Positions 1 to 15,117 of a DNA stretch of 64,000 nt are shown here, one piece after another; the first letter of the stretch is position 1, and each line of letters begins with the position of its first letter. Position numbers and translations under genes: made by a program. The notes under the pieces are model-generated. The model worked only from the letters and a program-made list of their open reading frames with translations, had not been told where the DNA came from and made no database searches. This DNA is from the human T2T-CHM13v2.0 reference genome, Homo sapiens: assembly GCF_009914755.1 (NCBI RefSeq), contig NC_060935.1; one strand, 5' to 3'.

Positions 1-1217
1 GTTCCTGACCATCCCTTCCCTCCATGCCCAGATGTCCCTCTCATAGTTAACAAGGACATTATTATTTTTCTGCATCCTGGCAGGTGCACAAAGGTCCATG
101 GTGTCCATGGTGACCATCTTAAAGTACTGATTCCCCAGGCCTTAGCAGCTCGCCACTAAAAGCTTTCCTCTTTTTAGCATCATTATTTTCAGTTTCCTGA
201 CTTGCTAGAAATTCACCGAGCCAGCTTCAAAAGCAGTGTTCTTTGTACCCAGCCCAAAGACTGTAGGGACCTTTCCCAAACCCTCCCTTAATCTTTCATC
301 AGCCTAGGGACTAAGAGAGCACAGGGTCTACCCAGGACAAGCAGGACAAGTGAGACCTAGTGCCCTCTCCCCAGGAAGATACCACGGGAAGCAAGGTGAT
401 GTAGAGAGGCCGGCCTTCCCACAGTCAGCAACCAGATTGGACTGTCAACACTGTCAAGCCATCTTTCATTTTCCCAAGTTCTATTAAGGTTTTGCTACTT
501 CCAGTATGCTTAAAAAGGTCTTAAATTTCAAGAGAAAATTTTAAAATTCAACAGGCATAAGATCTGAATTCTCTACTACAAAGCCATATGGACTCATCCT
601 ACATCAAAATGCCACCAAAAATTCATGATTTGCAGCCACAATCCTTCCATTCATTCCACCTTCCAACCTCCTTTCCGCATCGTGAGGCTTCATACCTCGC
701 AGGCCTGAAGGGGGAGCAGTCGAGCCCAAGTTCTGGGGCACTGGTAGTGTTGGATGTAGCGAGGTTTCTAGTAGTTACTGTGGGCATCCCTACATCCAGG
801 TGCCTCTTCTCCAGCCTTATCTCTTTCGCCAAGCCCCAGGGCTACACCCTCTTCAGAGAGATTGACTATAAATGGTCATGGGGGAAGCAGTCAGAATGCC
901 AAGAGCTGCAAGCCTGACAGAGCTTGTGTATCAGCCTGACGGCTTCAATAGCCCAGAGTCTGCTGCGTGGAATCCCAAACAGCCTTGTATCTTCCTCCCT
1001 AACCACAGACAGCCTGCCTGCCTCTTGGGCCTTGTTTAAACAAGATGAGAGCAGGCCGTGTTTGGACTAGAAGGCCCGTGACCCTTCCCCAGTGTGGGAG
1101 AACAGGTCAGCAAGACATGGTGCAGCCTGAATGTGAGCTGCTCTCTTGCTTTTAGGTCTTCCTGACTTTCAGAAACTGGGGGCCATAAGAGCTCCACCAT
1201 CTCAGAAGTCTGCTGCC

Positions 1218-1483
1218 AATAGGAGGAAATAGTTCAGGTTCTGTTGCACGGCAGGGTGACTATGGTTGACAACAGTGTATTGTATATTTCAAAATAGTTA
1301 GAAGAGAGGATTTTGAATGTTCTCACCACAAGGAAATGATACATGTTTGGGGTGATGAAAATGCTTATCACCCGGATTTGATCGTTACGTATCATATACA
1401 TGCATCGAAACATCTCATTGCACTCCATAAATATGTACAATTATTACGTGTCAATTAGAAACAAAATAAAACTAAAAAAAAAA
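1218..1483 (+). mobile_element. L1MA-family 3' end fragment
   Basis: Typical L1MA 3' UTR (gtgactatggttgacaacagtgtattgtatatttcaaaatag…) ending in an A tail. Confidence 0.8.
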
Positions 1484-1775
1484 ATCTGCCACCAAAGGAG
1501 AGATATCCTTGGCTAATGTGGATCATTGTGTTCTGAGTGTAGTAATCAATCATTACAGTTAACATGCCAGGCATGGCACTAGGTACCTTGGGGTAATGGG
1601 CACATACAGTGTTTAGCGCAGTGCTTGGCACATAGTAGGTATTTGATGAGTGATAGCGATTACTATCAATAATCTTATAGATCACTCTATGAAGAGGTAT
1701 CATTATTATCGTCCTTTGTTTTGGGAAGCTGAGGAAACACACATACAGAGAAGTTCAACTTGTTCAAGGTTTTGA

Positions 1776-2116
<341 letters not shown>

Positions 2117-2489
2117 GAAAGACAGATGTCTTTTTAGTGAAGCTTGGCCAGTTTGGCTGCAGATATTGTGCTGCAGCCTCCGTTCCATGCTACCTCTTAC
2201 CCTACTGGCAAAGCAATGACCCTGGATTATAGCCCCAGCTCTGAATACGTCACCTCCTCACTCTGGGCTTGTAGTAGGAGTTGAAGTTAATGACCTCAAA
2301 GGACTCTTCCAATCTCACCTGCTGTGACTTCAAGTTGAAGATCTCAAGGAAAGGGGAAGCTCTTCCCTAGTTGGGAACATGCCTCCTTCCCTGTCCAGAA
2401 GGAAGCTTGTGTGGATGAGGGAGGATTGTTGAGTTCCTGAGAAGCAAATGGAGAGAGTGCAGTCTCTCTTATCAAGCCCAGGAAGGAAA

Positions 2490-2517
2490 GACAGACAGAC
2501 AGACAGACAGACAGACA
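2490..2517. repeat. (AGAC)n microsatellite
   Basis: About 7 tandem AGAC units. Confidence 0.9.
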
Positions 2518-4143
2518 GGCTACTTAGCATGAACGATATTTCCAGAAGCTGAAAGCTTGTTCTTAAACTGACGGAGGGATGCCAGCCTGCCATGGTCAAC
2601 AAAGGAATTGGGACCGGGGAAATCCTGTCCTAAGAATCTGAGCTGAAAAGCATGATTGGGGTTAAACATCTGCCACCATCATTTCCTTTTCCACGTTTAT
2701 TCACTGCCTGTCCCCCCACCCCCACCCCAGGTCCACTAAGTGGTACCTATGCTTTTTCCACAAAGCAGGCTGCAGAGGGAAGGCCATGTATCTGGCCAGG
2801 GCAGGGCTAGGGCTGCAGCGTTACACCCCAGAGCTGGGGCCACGGCACTCCAGCTTTGACCAGACAGCATCTAGGGCAGCTGCCCCCCCTGGTTCTTCCT
2901 ATCTACATCTGGATTCCACTGTCTTCTTTTTGTGGCTTTTCTCTGAAAGCCCTCTCTTCCTTCCAGATTTGGAAATAACTGAGATAGTTGGGCAAGTTAG
3001 TTGGGAATGAGGCAGGGATATTCACGGGGAATGAGGAAGCCTTGGGGCTGCTTTTCTCCTTGCCACTCAATTGCCTTGCAGTGTCCCCTGGGAGCCGGGT
3101 AGGACAGGGTCGGCTAACCCTGACCAATAGTCAGAACCCTCCAAAACCCATCCTTTTCTTGTCAAAAGCCACCTCCTCCAAGAAGTCCTCTGCAATCGGA
3201 TCCAGCAGCAACTCTTTCTTGTCCTGCCTCATCTCTGTGGAATTTACAAGGTTCAAATGCTGCTGATTATGTGAGGTGGATGCTGCATCTTAAGTGTATA
3301 CTTTCTGCTGTTCCTTCTCTATTTTGCATATTGCATTAGATTAGGAGTCCTTTAAGAATAAAATGTTCTGGGTCTCATTCCCCTCAACGCTCTTGCACCT
3401 GCCCTCCCTGGGTTATGCAGCATCTACTCCCGGCTTTGCACAGAACGTGCGGCATCCAAGCATTCACTCAGGATTGGGGCATATGAGAGGGTAGTGGGGA
3501 AACCCTGCTCTTCAGGGACCCATGAATATGAAAGACCACCATAAGAGAGGGAGGGACAGAACAAAGCTCTGGTCCCTCAAAAGACCAAGTGTCTATTTTT
3601 GCACTCTGAAAATGAGGTGTCAGGTCCCTGCTGGGGAATCCCTGGAGGCAGCTGGGCTCCCCAAAGCAGCTGGGCTCCAAATGTCCAGGAGGAGGTGCAA
3701 AGAGGAAGAGATTTTGCTTTGGCTCTGAGGGCCTCTGGGATTCCCAGAGGAATCCACAAGCCTCATATATATTTATGTGAACTTAAGATGCTAATGAGCA
3801 TTGAGGAGCCAAGAGCCCTGCTGGGTTTGCAAGTAACTGGGCCTACTCTTCACACAGTCTTCTTTGTCTGCAAGGCTTCAGGTTCAAATTGCAGATCTGG
3901 GTTTTTTTAGCGCAGCTGACATGGAAACCTGCCCAGGCCTACGGCAGAATCACCGTGGGCTCCAGGAGAAAGCTTCCACCCTGCTTCCTTGGACAAGACA
4001 CTGAGCCTAGGTCTGACTGAGGTCATCTTGTCCATCTTCCAGTCTCCAAGAAGGACAGTGTCCAACCCCTCTTAGATAGGGAGGTTTTTACTCCACTCCT
4101 AAGACTTCCCTCTTACCCCATTTTTCATCCATTGCAATCATAG

Positions 4144-4910
4144 TGTCAATAAAGAGAGTCAAACTTTGTAAAACATTTGAAGAAACATATTCTGAACCAA
4201 ATAAGAGTGACCATGGCCCATAACACAGCTCTCAGGAGACCCTGACAACATATGCTCAAGGTTGTAGGGGCACAGCTTGGTTTTATCATTTTAGGATACA
4301 TTTAAGATGTACATTGGTTTGGTCCAGAAAGGTGGGACAACTCGAAGCAGAGGAAGCCGGTGTTGGGGGGTTTGTGGGCGGTGCCTCCAAGTTATAGGTA
4401 GATTTAAAATTTTTCTGATTGGCAGTTGGTTGAAAGAGTTTATCTAAAGACCTGCAATCAATAGAAGTGTCTGAGTTAAGGGGTTGTAAAGACCAAGGTT
4501 CTTATTATGCAGATAAAGTCTCCAGGTACGGCTTCAGAGACAATTGATTGTAAATTTCTTATCAGACTTAAAAAGGTGCCAGACTTTTAGTGGATTCTCT
4601 CTTTGATCAGGAAAAGGGTCTGGAAGAGGAAAAGGAAATTCTCTATAGAATGTAGACTTTTAACCCCAAGAGATGACTTTGTAGGGCAATTTCAAGATCT
4701 GGCAAGGAAATATATTTGGGGTTAAAATATTTTCATTTCCTTCCTTATTTGTTATGTGATGTGCCCGAGTCAGGTTGGAAAGCAGGCCACATTATACAGG
4801 GTTAAATCAAATCCCTCTGATGAGACTTCATGGTTTGTAGGGCAAACTCCCCAGGCCTCTTAGGTAGTAATTTGGGAAAGAGAAGAAAACAGGTCAGAGT
4901 TTAGTCCTCA
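4144..4910 (-). mobile_element. ERV1 solo LTR, MER4E/MER4D-like
   Basis: Reverse complement starts TGAGGACTAAACTCTGA and ends …ACA; about 767 bp; 4-bp TSD ATAG/ATAA. Confidence 0.8.
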
Positions 4911-4974
4911 ATAACGATCTGTGGAAGTTCCTCCTTTTGGCTAACTTAAGTGTTGTGTTGCACATGAAACCTGC

Positions 4975-5303
<329 letters not shown>

Positions 5304-5864
5304 TGAAGATCAGCTCGTTGTCATCCTATAAAGACTGTTTGCTGGCATTAATACTCCCTGCTGCCTCCTTGGTCACAGCTTAATAACCAGTTTCTTTATC
5401 TGTTCATCACGGGGCGAGGACTCTGTGCCAGGCACTGGGCAAACCAAGACGAATGAGTCTCAAGACTTCATCCTTAGGATCATATGATCTTATGTGGGGA
5501 GACGTTCGAATACATTTATCACAACATATTATGATATTTGTTAAAACCAGGGTATGAGCAAGGTCTCTGGGGACCACAGCAAAAAGCAACCAGCTCTGCT
5601 TGGGGTTGACGGGCAAGGTTTCCCAGAGGGGCTAACCTCTGAGCTTGGCCTTAAATGCCAAGTAAGCATTTCCCAGGTAGAAAAATGGGGAAAGGGTGTC
5701 ATTCTAAGTAGAGGGAAGAACAAGCATGAAGACCAGAAGATCTGAAAGGGTCTGGCCTGTGTGGGGAACAGCAAGTCACACCAGGGAGTCTAAAGGGTTC
5801 TCCTAGTTTAAAGACACCAAGTAGACAAAGTCTGCATTAAGCTAAGGGCTAGCTGGTCCCTTAG

Positions 5865-6294
<430 letters not shown>

Positions 6295-6682
6295 TAATTC
6301 AAGCAAGAGAGAAAGCCATTTAAGGACGAGTGGCACTTAGACATTTAGATGTTTAAAGTAATACTTTAAAAATAGAAGTTATACATACTTGTTATACAAA
6401 ACTTGGATAATAAGGACAAAAATAATGAAGAAAATAACAATCATCTGTGTTGGCTCTTAACATTTCAGTGCAGATTTCCTTCCAGGCTGTTTTCTAAGCA
6501 TTTATACATATTCACTGTAGAGATTTTACTATACTGTATATACAATTCTGTATTTTTTTTTTACTCAACATTATATTATGAGCATTTATCCAAGTCATAA
6601 AATTTCTTTGTCATCTGTTTTACGAGCAGTGTTATATTTGATTATATAGATTCATGAATCCTAATTTACTTAGCCACTTTCT

Positions 6683-6942
6683 TTCTATTTTATTTTTCTT
6701 GAGATGGAGTCTCGCTCTGTTGCCCAGGTGCCTCCTGGGGTCAAGTGATTCTCCTGCCTCAGCCTCCCGAGTAGCTGAGACTACAGGCACCCACCACCAC
6801 GCCTGGCTAATTTTTTGTGTTTTTAGTAGAGACGGTGTTTCACTATGTTAGCCAGGATGGTCTCGATCTCCTGACCTTGTGATCCACCTGCCTCGATCTC
6901 CCTAAGTGCTGGGATTACAGGCTTGAGCCACCGCACCCAGCC
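6683..6942 (-). mobile_element. AluSc-like with ~40 bp internal deletion
   Basis: TSD TACTTAGCCACTTTCT at 6667-6682 and 6943-6958. cccagg is joined directly to tgcctcc. Confidence 0.88.
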
Positions 6943-7004
6943 TACTTAGCCACTTTCTTATTTTGAGATGTTAATTTGTGCCAGTGTTTATGTTGCAATA
7001 AACT

Positions 7005-7354
<350 letters not shown>

Positions 7355-8094
7355 TAGCATAGATTTCTAACAATGGAATTATTGGGCCAAGGCTATGAAT
7401 GGTTTTAAAATTCCTGAAGCTGACTTTTAAATGTTTTTTAAAGAGGTTTGTGCTGTTTGCACCCCACTAATAATGTATGAGCACTTCCAGAGGGATGTTT
7501 CTATAAGGGCCATAGTATTTTCCTTGTCACCATTTTGCATGACACCTTTTCAGGATGCATGAGATGTCACACCTTGCACCCTTAGATACAAACCCAGAGC
7601 TTCACTCTCAAGGTTAACATCCTCTTTTCCTAGACTTCTCTAGAACAATTATTAGTAAAAGCAGATATGGTTTGCTTTAATCTCTTACAAAGAGCTCGGT
7701 TCTGGGACAGGATGGTAGGTAAGATCCCCTGTTGGGAACAAGCCAGTGCCAGCTGCAGTGCTGATATGACAGCATGTGTAATTTCCCATGATATGAGACT
7801 GTTTTATGGCTGGAGCCAGCACATAGCCTGGGTTTTCTTGGAGAGTCCCTGTTCTATCCTGTTATTCCAAAAGTATTCTCAAGCCAGTCAGACCACAAAG
7901 TGACTTCTATTTGTAACACACAGTCTTACATGAATGCATTCATGGACACATGTAGATGTGGGCCGACATTCCTTTTTATACATGCCAGATGGAAGTCTGC
8001 GTGTAATAACCACAAGGGAATGACTGCATAGTGCCTGGCTCATTACAAAATATTTTAATGCATATGATCTCATCTTGAGGTTTGGGGTGATTAA

Positions 8095-8300
8095 GGAAAA
8101 GAGCACAGGCTTGGCAATAAGGTATATACTAGTTTGTGACTTTGGCCACATTTCTTAACCTCTAAGAGCCTCATCCTCCTCTGTAAAATGGGAGTTAGTG
8201 TCCTTGTTTTGCAGATGAGGAAACTGAAGCTCAGGAATAAGTGACTTGCCTAAGATCACAGAGCTGATAAATAACAGCTCTGTCCAGGATGCCGCACTCC
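8095..8300. mobile_element. Two MIR fragments in inverted orientation
   Basis: MIR core on + (…ctctgtaaaatggg) abutting MIR core on - (gcagatgaggaaactgaagctcag). Confidence 0.7.
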
Positions 8301-8329
8301 TTCACCACATCAAAAAAAAATTCCAGGCC

Positions 8330-8700
<371 letters not shown>

Positions 8701-9483
8701 TTACATAGAGGCCAAGACATTGTCCTTCAGAGCAAGCTCTTCCTACACGTAATTACATGCTCCTTCTACTGCACTGTGCTACCTCATATCTCCCTCCACA
8801 TCAGTTCTTTTGGGAACAGGAAATAGCTTAAAAGTGTTCTGTTTCATACTATGTATAATAGGAAATTCTGATTGTTTCCTTCCTTCTTATTCAGGGAAAC
8901 AAGATGGTTAATGGGAAGGGATGGCATAGGCAAAGATCATCTGGACTAGGCGACATCCTATCCTGAATCCAGCTTCTCTTCCATCTGGACACTAAAGCTC
9001 TATCTCCCAAAATATAATATTTCATATCTAGGCCTGACATTGGGTCTCCTTGAGTTGTTTTGTTAAGCACTGAAAAAATAAATAAAAGAGCCTCCCACTT
9101 GCCCACTTGCTGCCTCCTTCCTCCTTTGGAAGATGTGTCTGGTCTCTGGGGAGACTTTTGCAATGGCTGACCTTGCTGGTCTATCCATCTTCTAAAGGCC
9201 CTTCTGTCTAGAGGTGGCAACCTAATGTCCTTTATATTCTCTCTTTTTTAAGGCCCCATGAATTTTCTTTAATCTAGAAATTAGGAAGCACTTAGGATTT
9301 TTTAAATGGTTATCTAAGGGTTATTTAATTCATCACCCTGTTACTCAACCCAGCATTCCTTCCCTGGATTAAAGCCATCTGGTGTGTGCTCATTGTGAAA
9401 CATACTAGTGGAATGTTAATGCCTGTATTTTGGAAGCAGAGGCAAGGAAAGAGGGGAAAGGGGCTCTCTATTGCAAAAGTGGT

Positions 9484-10153
9484 AGCTTTTCTTTGGTGTT
9501 TTAGAGACAAGATCTCGTTCTGTCACGCCAGCTGGAGTATGGTGATGCAATCACGGTTTGGTGCAGCCTTAAACTCCTGAGATCAAGTGATCCTCCTGCC
9601 TCTGTCTCTCTAGTAGCCGGGACTGTGGGCCTGCACCACCATGCCTGACTTATTAAAAAAAATTTTTTTTAAGAGACGGGGTGTATTAGTCCATTTTCAC
9701 ACTGCTATAAAGAACTTCCCTGAGACTGGGTAATTTATAAAGAAAGGTTTAATTGACAGTTCTGCGTAGCTGGGGAGGCCTCAGGAAACTAATAATCACG
9801 GTGGAAGGGGAAGCAGACACCTTCACAAGGCAGCAAGAGAGAGAAGAGCAAAGAAGGAACTTCTAAACACTTATAAGACCAACAGATCTCACGAGAACTC
9901 ACTCACTATCATGAGAACAGCATGGGGGGAACCACCCCATGATCCAGTCACCTTCCTCCCTCAACATGTGGGGATTACGGGTCCCTCCCTTGACAGGTGG
10001 GGATTACAAATTGAGATGAGATTTGAGTGAGGACACAGAGCCAAAGAATATCACAAGGTCTCACTATATCACCCAGGCTGACGGGCTCAAGAGATCCTCC
10101 CTCCTCAGCCTCCTGAGTAGTTGGGACTACAGGTGTGAGTCACCACGCCCAGC
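9484..10153 (-). mobile_element. AluJ split by a THE1 LTR
   Basis: Right arm 9484-9681, left arm 10054-10153. Confidence 0.82.
9682..10053 (-). mobile_element. THE1 (MaLR) solo LTR
   Basis: TGTATTAGTCCATTTTCACACTGCTATAAAGA…ATATCA; degenerate 5-bp TSD cgggg/caagg. Confidence 0.88.
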
Positions 10154-12174
10154 TTGCTTTTCCTTTATCTTTTATGCAAAAATACAGTTTGAAGTATTTT
10201 AGCTTTGGCTCAATTATTATTTATTTGAGGCATTGCATTGGTTGACAAAGGCTGCAAGCTTATGAGTCTCCGTGTCAACTCAATGGGTTCCATATATTGA
10301 AGAAACTTGAGAGGAAGATGTTTGTCATCTAGATCCTGCATAGAAAGAGCTCACTCTGAAAGATCACATCCTGGCCTTTGCATCAGGTGGAAACTTGAAG
10401 ATTCATAGAAGTTTTGACTCCTGCAGCTGTGAGTTGCCTCAAGAAATCTTATTTTAGTTAGTTACCAAATGCTAGCCATTCCCTAGCACTAGAGTGTAAA
10501 CTTAGGCCACTGGTCCTTGACATTTTCATTGCCTCACAGGGGAGTAAGAAAAAATATAGATGATGTAATCTGCATGTGTATAAAATAAGGTGTTATTAAA
10601 ATACTTAGAATAGTGTCTAGTGTACATTTAGCACTCACTAAGTGTTAGCTATTGGAAACAGAGAGCTGTCCATGAATGGTTGCCAACTGCCTTTTTATCT
10701 TTGTTTTTGAAATTCTGCTTCTTTTTAGGAATAATTTTAACAGCAGGATGGTAGTTTGTATTTTGGTTTAAAACTATAGTCAATAATATTCTAAAAGTGA
10801 GCCCCTGATTTTGTGCCCAAGTTTATTTTTGAAATTACACTAGTTCCTGAAATAAAAAAAAAATTGAGAAACACTCATTTAGGCATGTCTGTATTTGAAA
10901 TCACACTTTGATGTATAAAGATTCCTCTTTGAGTGACCCAAGGAAGCTTAACCATTTGGGCGTTTTGTTCAAGGAATGAGTATCTCTGGAAGGGAAATGG
11001 TAGGCTGGTGGCCCGCAGGCACCACTACTCCACAGGCTTCCTTTGAAGGTTGAGACTGAGCCAGTGGGACCCTAGTTGCTGAGATTCCACCCCCATGCTG
11101 GTAACTATTCCCTCTCACTTTGAATGCCTGTTCTCTCCTGGCTCCTTAGCACCAGCTGGGGCTGTTGGAGGTGGGAGCTATATCTGACCCCAGAAGCAGC
11201 CTTACCAGTGACAATCTGTCAGGCCAAGCCTTACCTTTGCTTGGAGTTAACAGTGCATGTGAAGGAGACAGTGTATGCATCTCCCTGGTTCTATTTATAT
11301 TACACACAGAGAATCACCATTTTGGGTGTCATATACTAATACTTTATATGTGGCATGTGGTGTGACAGACACAAGGGTAGTGCTATGCTCAGCTCTAAGT
11401 CCTGCCTTGAGGTTTAGGACAAAGTGGGTCATTCACTTGTCCATTCAACAAGTACCCACTGAGTACCACATGTTAGCCACTACAGAGGATGCAAAGAAGA
11501 ATCAGATCAGCACCATGCCTACAGAGAGCTTATGGTCTAGAAAGTGAAAGAATACGTGTGAATCATCACATTTTGAAGGGTAGCAGGTGCGGGTGATTGT
11601 TGCCATAACAGAAAGTTCATGAGAGCTTAGAGTAGACAGAGATTAATTTGATGGAGGGGAATATAGACAGTCTTAGGGTAAAGATGGTACTTAGGCCATT
11701 TAGAGGCAGTCCTAGAGCAGGCTTCTGTCTGAATTCAGAGCCCTTCCCTCAAAATCCTCACTGCTTTGGGGTGTTTTTGCTCCTTTGATGCAGTGTGTAT
11801 TTGGGAGGTGCGGTCTTAGGAAGCAAAAATGAGGCAATAGGAAGCAGATGGGAGGGTGGGGAGTGGACATTGGCCCTGTGCCTCCTGTCTCCTGAGCATC
11901 TTCTTGGAGGCTCTGGTGGGTCACTTCATCCTTGCTGAATCAGGAACCCTCAGCTGGAGGACCAACACGTTTGGGTTACATTTACGTCATCTTTCAGCCC
12001 CAAGGACTTAATGGTAAATTTATTCTTGAACTCACATGAGGGGTTCATGGGAATCTGAAGAAGCCAAACAGGGCTGTAAACATGGATTCTGGGCCTCAAG
12101 ATCAAAACAAATCATCAAACTACAAAGTTGTATGGGAATCCAGAAGCAAAGGGAGGATGACAGGTTCTATACAG

Positions 12175-12220
12175 TCTGGACTATAGCTGAGATTGCAGGC
12201 ATGAGCCACTGTGCCCAGCC
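12175..12220 (-). mobile_element. Alu 5' fragment
   Basis: gctgagattgcaggcatgagccactgtgcccagcc. Confidence 0.7.
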
Positions 12221-12720
<500 letters not shown>

Positions 12721-13492
12721 CTTAGAATTGGTGTCAAATGACCTCCATAGAGCAATGGCCTCCATAGCTCAGGCTCTACTCCTCTGCCCAGATTAGACTC
12801 CCCTGAAGAGCCTCCTTTTGTGCTAAGTCATTCTGTAGGAGAGGTCAAGTGTGCCATCACCAGAAAGATGGTTTAAATGGGAGAATATCCAAGTGTGCAT
12901 CATTCCTCACTTGGATTCCCATTGCCTTCATTCCATTCCTTCACTCTAGCATTTTTCTCATTTTCGCAAAGACACCCAAGCTGAATCCTAGCTTTTTGAC
13001 AGTCACTAATTGAGTGCCATTGGACAAATTGCTTCTCTGAGTTTCAGCAGTTTGCTCATCTATAAAATGGAGTTATTTGATGGTTGTTATGGAGATTAAC
13101 TTAGTCTACATATTGAGTGCCTGGGACATAACATGACCTCCATTCATGATGGTTAGCATTATTGTGACAACTAGAAAGGAAGGTTAAAGGGATAGGAGTG
13201 TTACATTTGTAAAAGAGAAGAGCAGGATGGGAGATGCAAATGAAAGGACTCTCTCTATTTAAAGGGTTTTTGAGTAGCAGGAGGATGTGTGGCTGTGGTG
13301 TCTTAGGACATGGCCTCTGAAGCTTACAGGGCCTCTATCTTTGGGCAAGTCATTTAAATCCTCTGAGCCTCAGTTTACGTATTGGTAGAATGAGGATTGG
13401 TGCTTTGTACTTCAGGGTGTGGTTGTATTACATGAGGTTCACATATATGAAAACGTCTAGCACAGTGTCTGTTACAGATAAATTTAAAAAGT

Positions 13493-13618
13493 GTTTTTTT
13501 AGGGATTGTGTCTCCCTATGTTGCTCAGGCTGGTCTCCAACTCCTGGCCTCAAGCAATCCTCCTGCCTCAGCCTCCCAAAGTGCTGGGATTAGCAAACAT
13601 GAGCCACTACACCCAGCC
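13493..13618 (-). mobile_element. FLAM (Alu monomer)
   Basis: Single left-arm monomer at the end of a MIR. Confidence 0.8.
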
Positions 13619-14424
13619 TGATAAATGTTTTTAAAACATCGCTTTATAAATTGGAGGACCCTTTACTTGTAAGGCAGTTATGGCCATTACTAATATTTGT
13701 TACCTCGGTTGGTGGAAGATGCCAGGAAGGGAAACTCCAGTTCAGAGGAGAAAGTCCTTTCTCATGGAAGGAGCTGCCTGAGAGTGGAAAGGGCTTTGCA
13801 AGTATTGAGCTTCCTGTTGTTTGCTCAAATGGAGGATGCATGATCATCTTTCAGAAAGGGATTTCTATTGGGTGGAGGCGGGATAGAGAGATTTGTAAAA
13901 GTTTCCAACAGGTCTAGCTCTCATCTCTTGTGTCAGAAAGAAAGGAACAAGGAAGCCTGGGGAAGGGTGGAGTCCACACAAATGAGCTGACACTCATTAT
14001 AACAAATACTGTAATGGCAAACCCTAGAGCCGCTAGAGGGGTCTTGTTCATGAGGCAGAGAGAGTGGAGATTATATACCTGTGTTTGTGCTAGGAGGGGG
14101 TTTGGAAATTCTGGGGAAACCACTCTTGTCTCTCAAAACAAGAACTGTTGTGCCCTGTAGTGGGAAGGGCCAGTGGCAACCAAGTACCAGTGATCCGCAG
14201 GGGGCAGAGGCCAGTGTCCTGGGCCCCCTTTGCAATTACCAATACAAGATGTAAGTATGCCTTAAAATCCTTGGGCTTGCCGGGGGTTCAAAGAGCTTTG
14301 GGCTGGGAGCCAGGCCCCTTGGCTGGAGTCCCAACTCTGCCACCAACTAGCTTTATAGTTTAAGGAAAGTCCACCCTAACTTCTCTGAGCCTCTGTTTCT
14401 CTCCTTCCCTCCCTCCCTTTCTTC

Positions 14425-14570
14425 CTGAGAGGCATTTTCCATGGACCAGTAACACTGGCTAGGAACTTATTGGAAATTCAGAGTCCTAGGCCTCACCCTA
14501 GACTTAAATCAGAACTTGCATTTTTAAACAAGATCCCCAGGTAAATTCTAAAACTGAGAAGCAGGGGCTT
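14425..14570. mobile_element. MER5A-type hAT-Charlie fossil
   Basis: aatcagaacttgcatttttaaacaagatccccagg motif. Confidence 0.7.
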
Positions 14571-14789
14571 AGATGGCTTGAATAACATTAACTTATGGAG
14601 CCAGCTCTAAAGTCAGACTGCCTGGATTCAAATTCAGGCTTCATTGCTTACCAGCTGTGTCACCTTCAGTGAGTACATGAGCATCTCTGTGTCAGGCACT
14701 GTCCTAAGCACCAAGGACCCAGAAGTAAATGAAGTAAATGATATAGACGAAGTCTTGGCTATTGCAGAGACAGGCAGTAAACAAGTACA

Positions 14790-15117
14790 TTGGCACATTC
14801 GGTCTAATGTGTGTGTTTCCCACAAAGCTCATATGTTGAAATCCTAACCCTCAAGGTGCTGGTATTTGGAGGTGGGGCCTTGGGGACTGATTAGGTCATG
14901 AGAGCAGAGCCTTAGAAACGAAGCCCCAGAGAGCTCCCTTACCCCTTCCACCACGTGGCTCTCTATGAACGAGGAAGCAGGCCCTCACCAGACACCTAAC
15001 CTGTTGTGCCTTGCTCTTGGACTTCCCAACCTCCAGAACTGTGAGGAATACATTTCTGTTGTTTATAAGTCACCCAGTCTACAGTAATTTGTTAAGCAGC
15101 CTGAACAGACAAAAACA
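14790..15117 (+). mobile_element. MLT1A-type MaLR LTR inserted in L2
   Basis: catatgttgaaatcctaacc…ctccagaactgtgag…aacagacaaaaaca. Confidence 0.8.

Noticed and set aside
588-917. 109-aa ORF as a processed pseudogene or small gene
   Set aside because: No recognisable homology, polyA/TSD or splice support.
10881-10890. p53 half-site AGGCATGTCT (also near 46215)
   Set aside because: Isolated half-sites without a partner are expected by chance.
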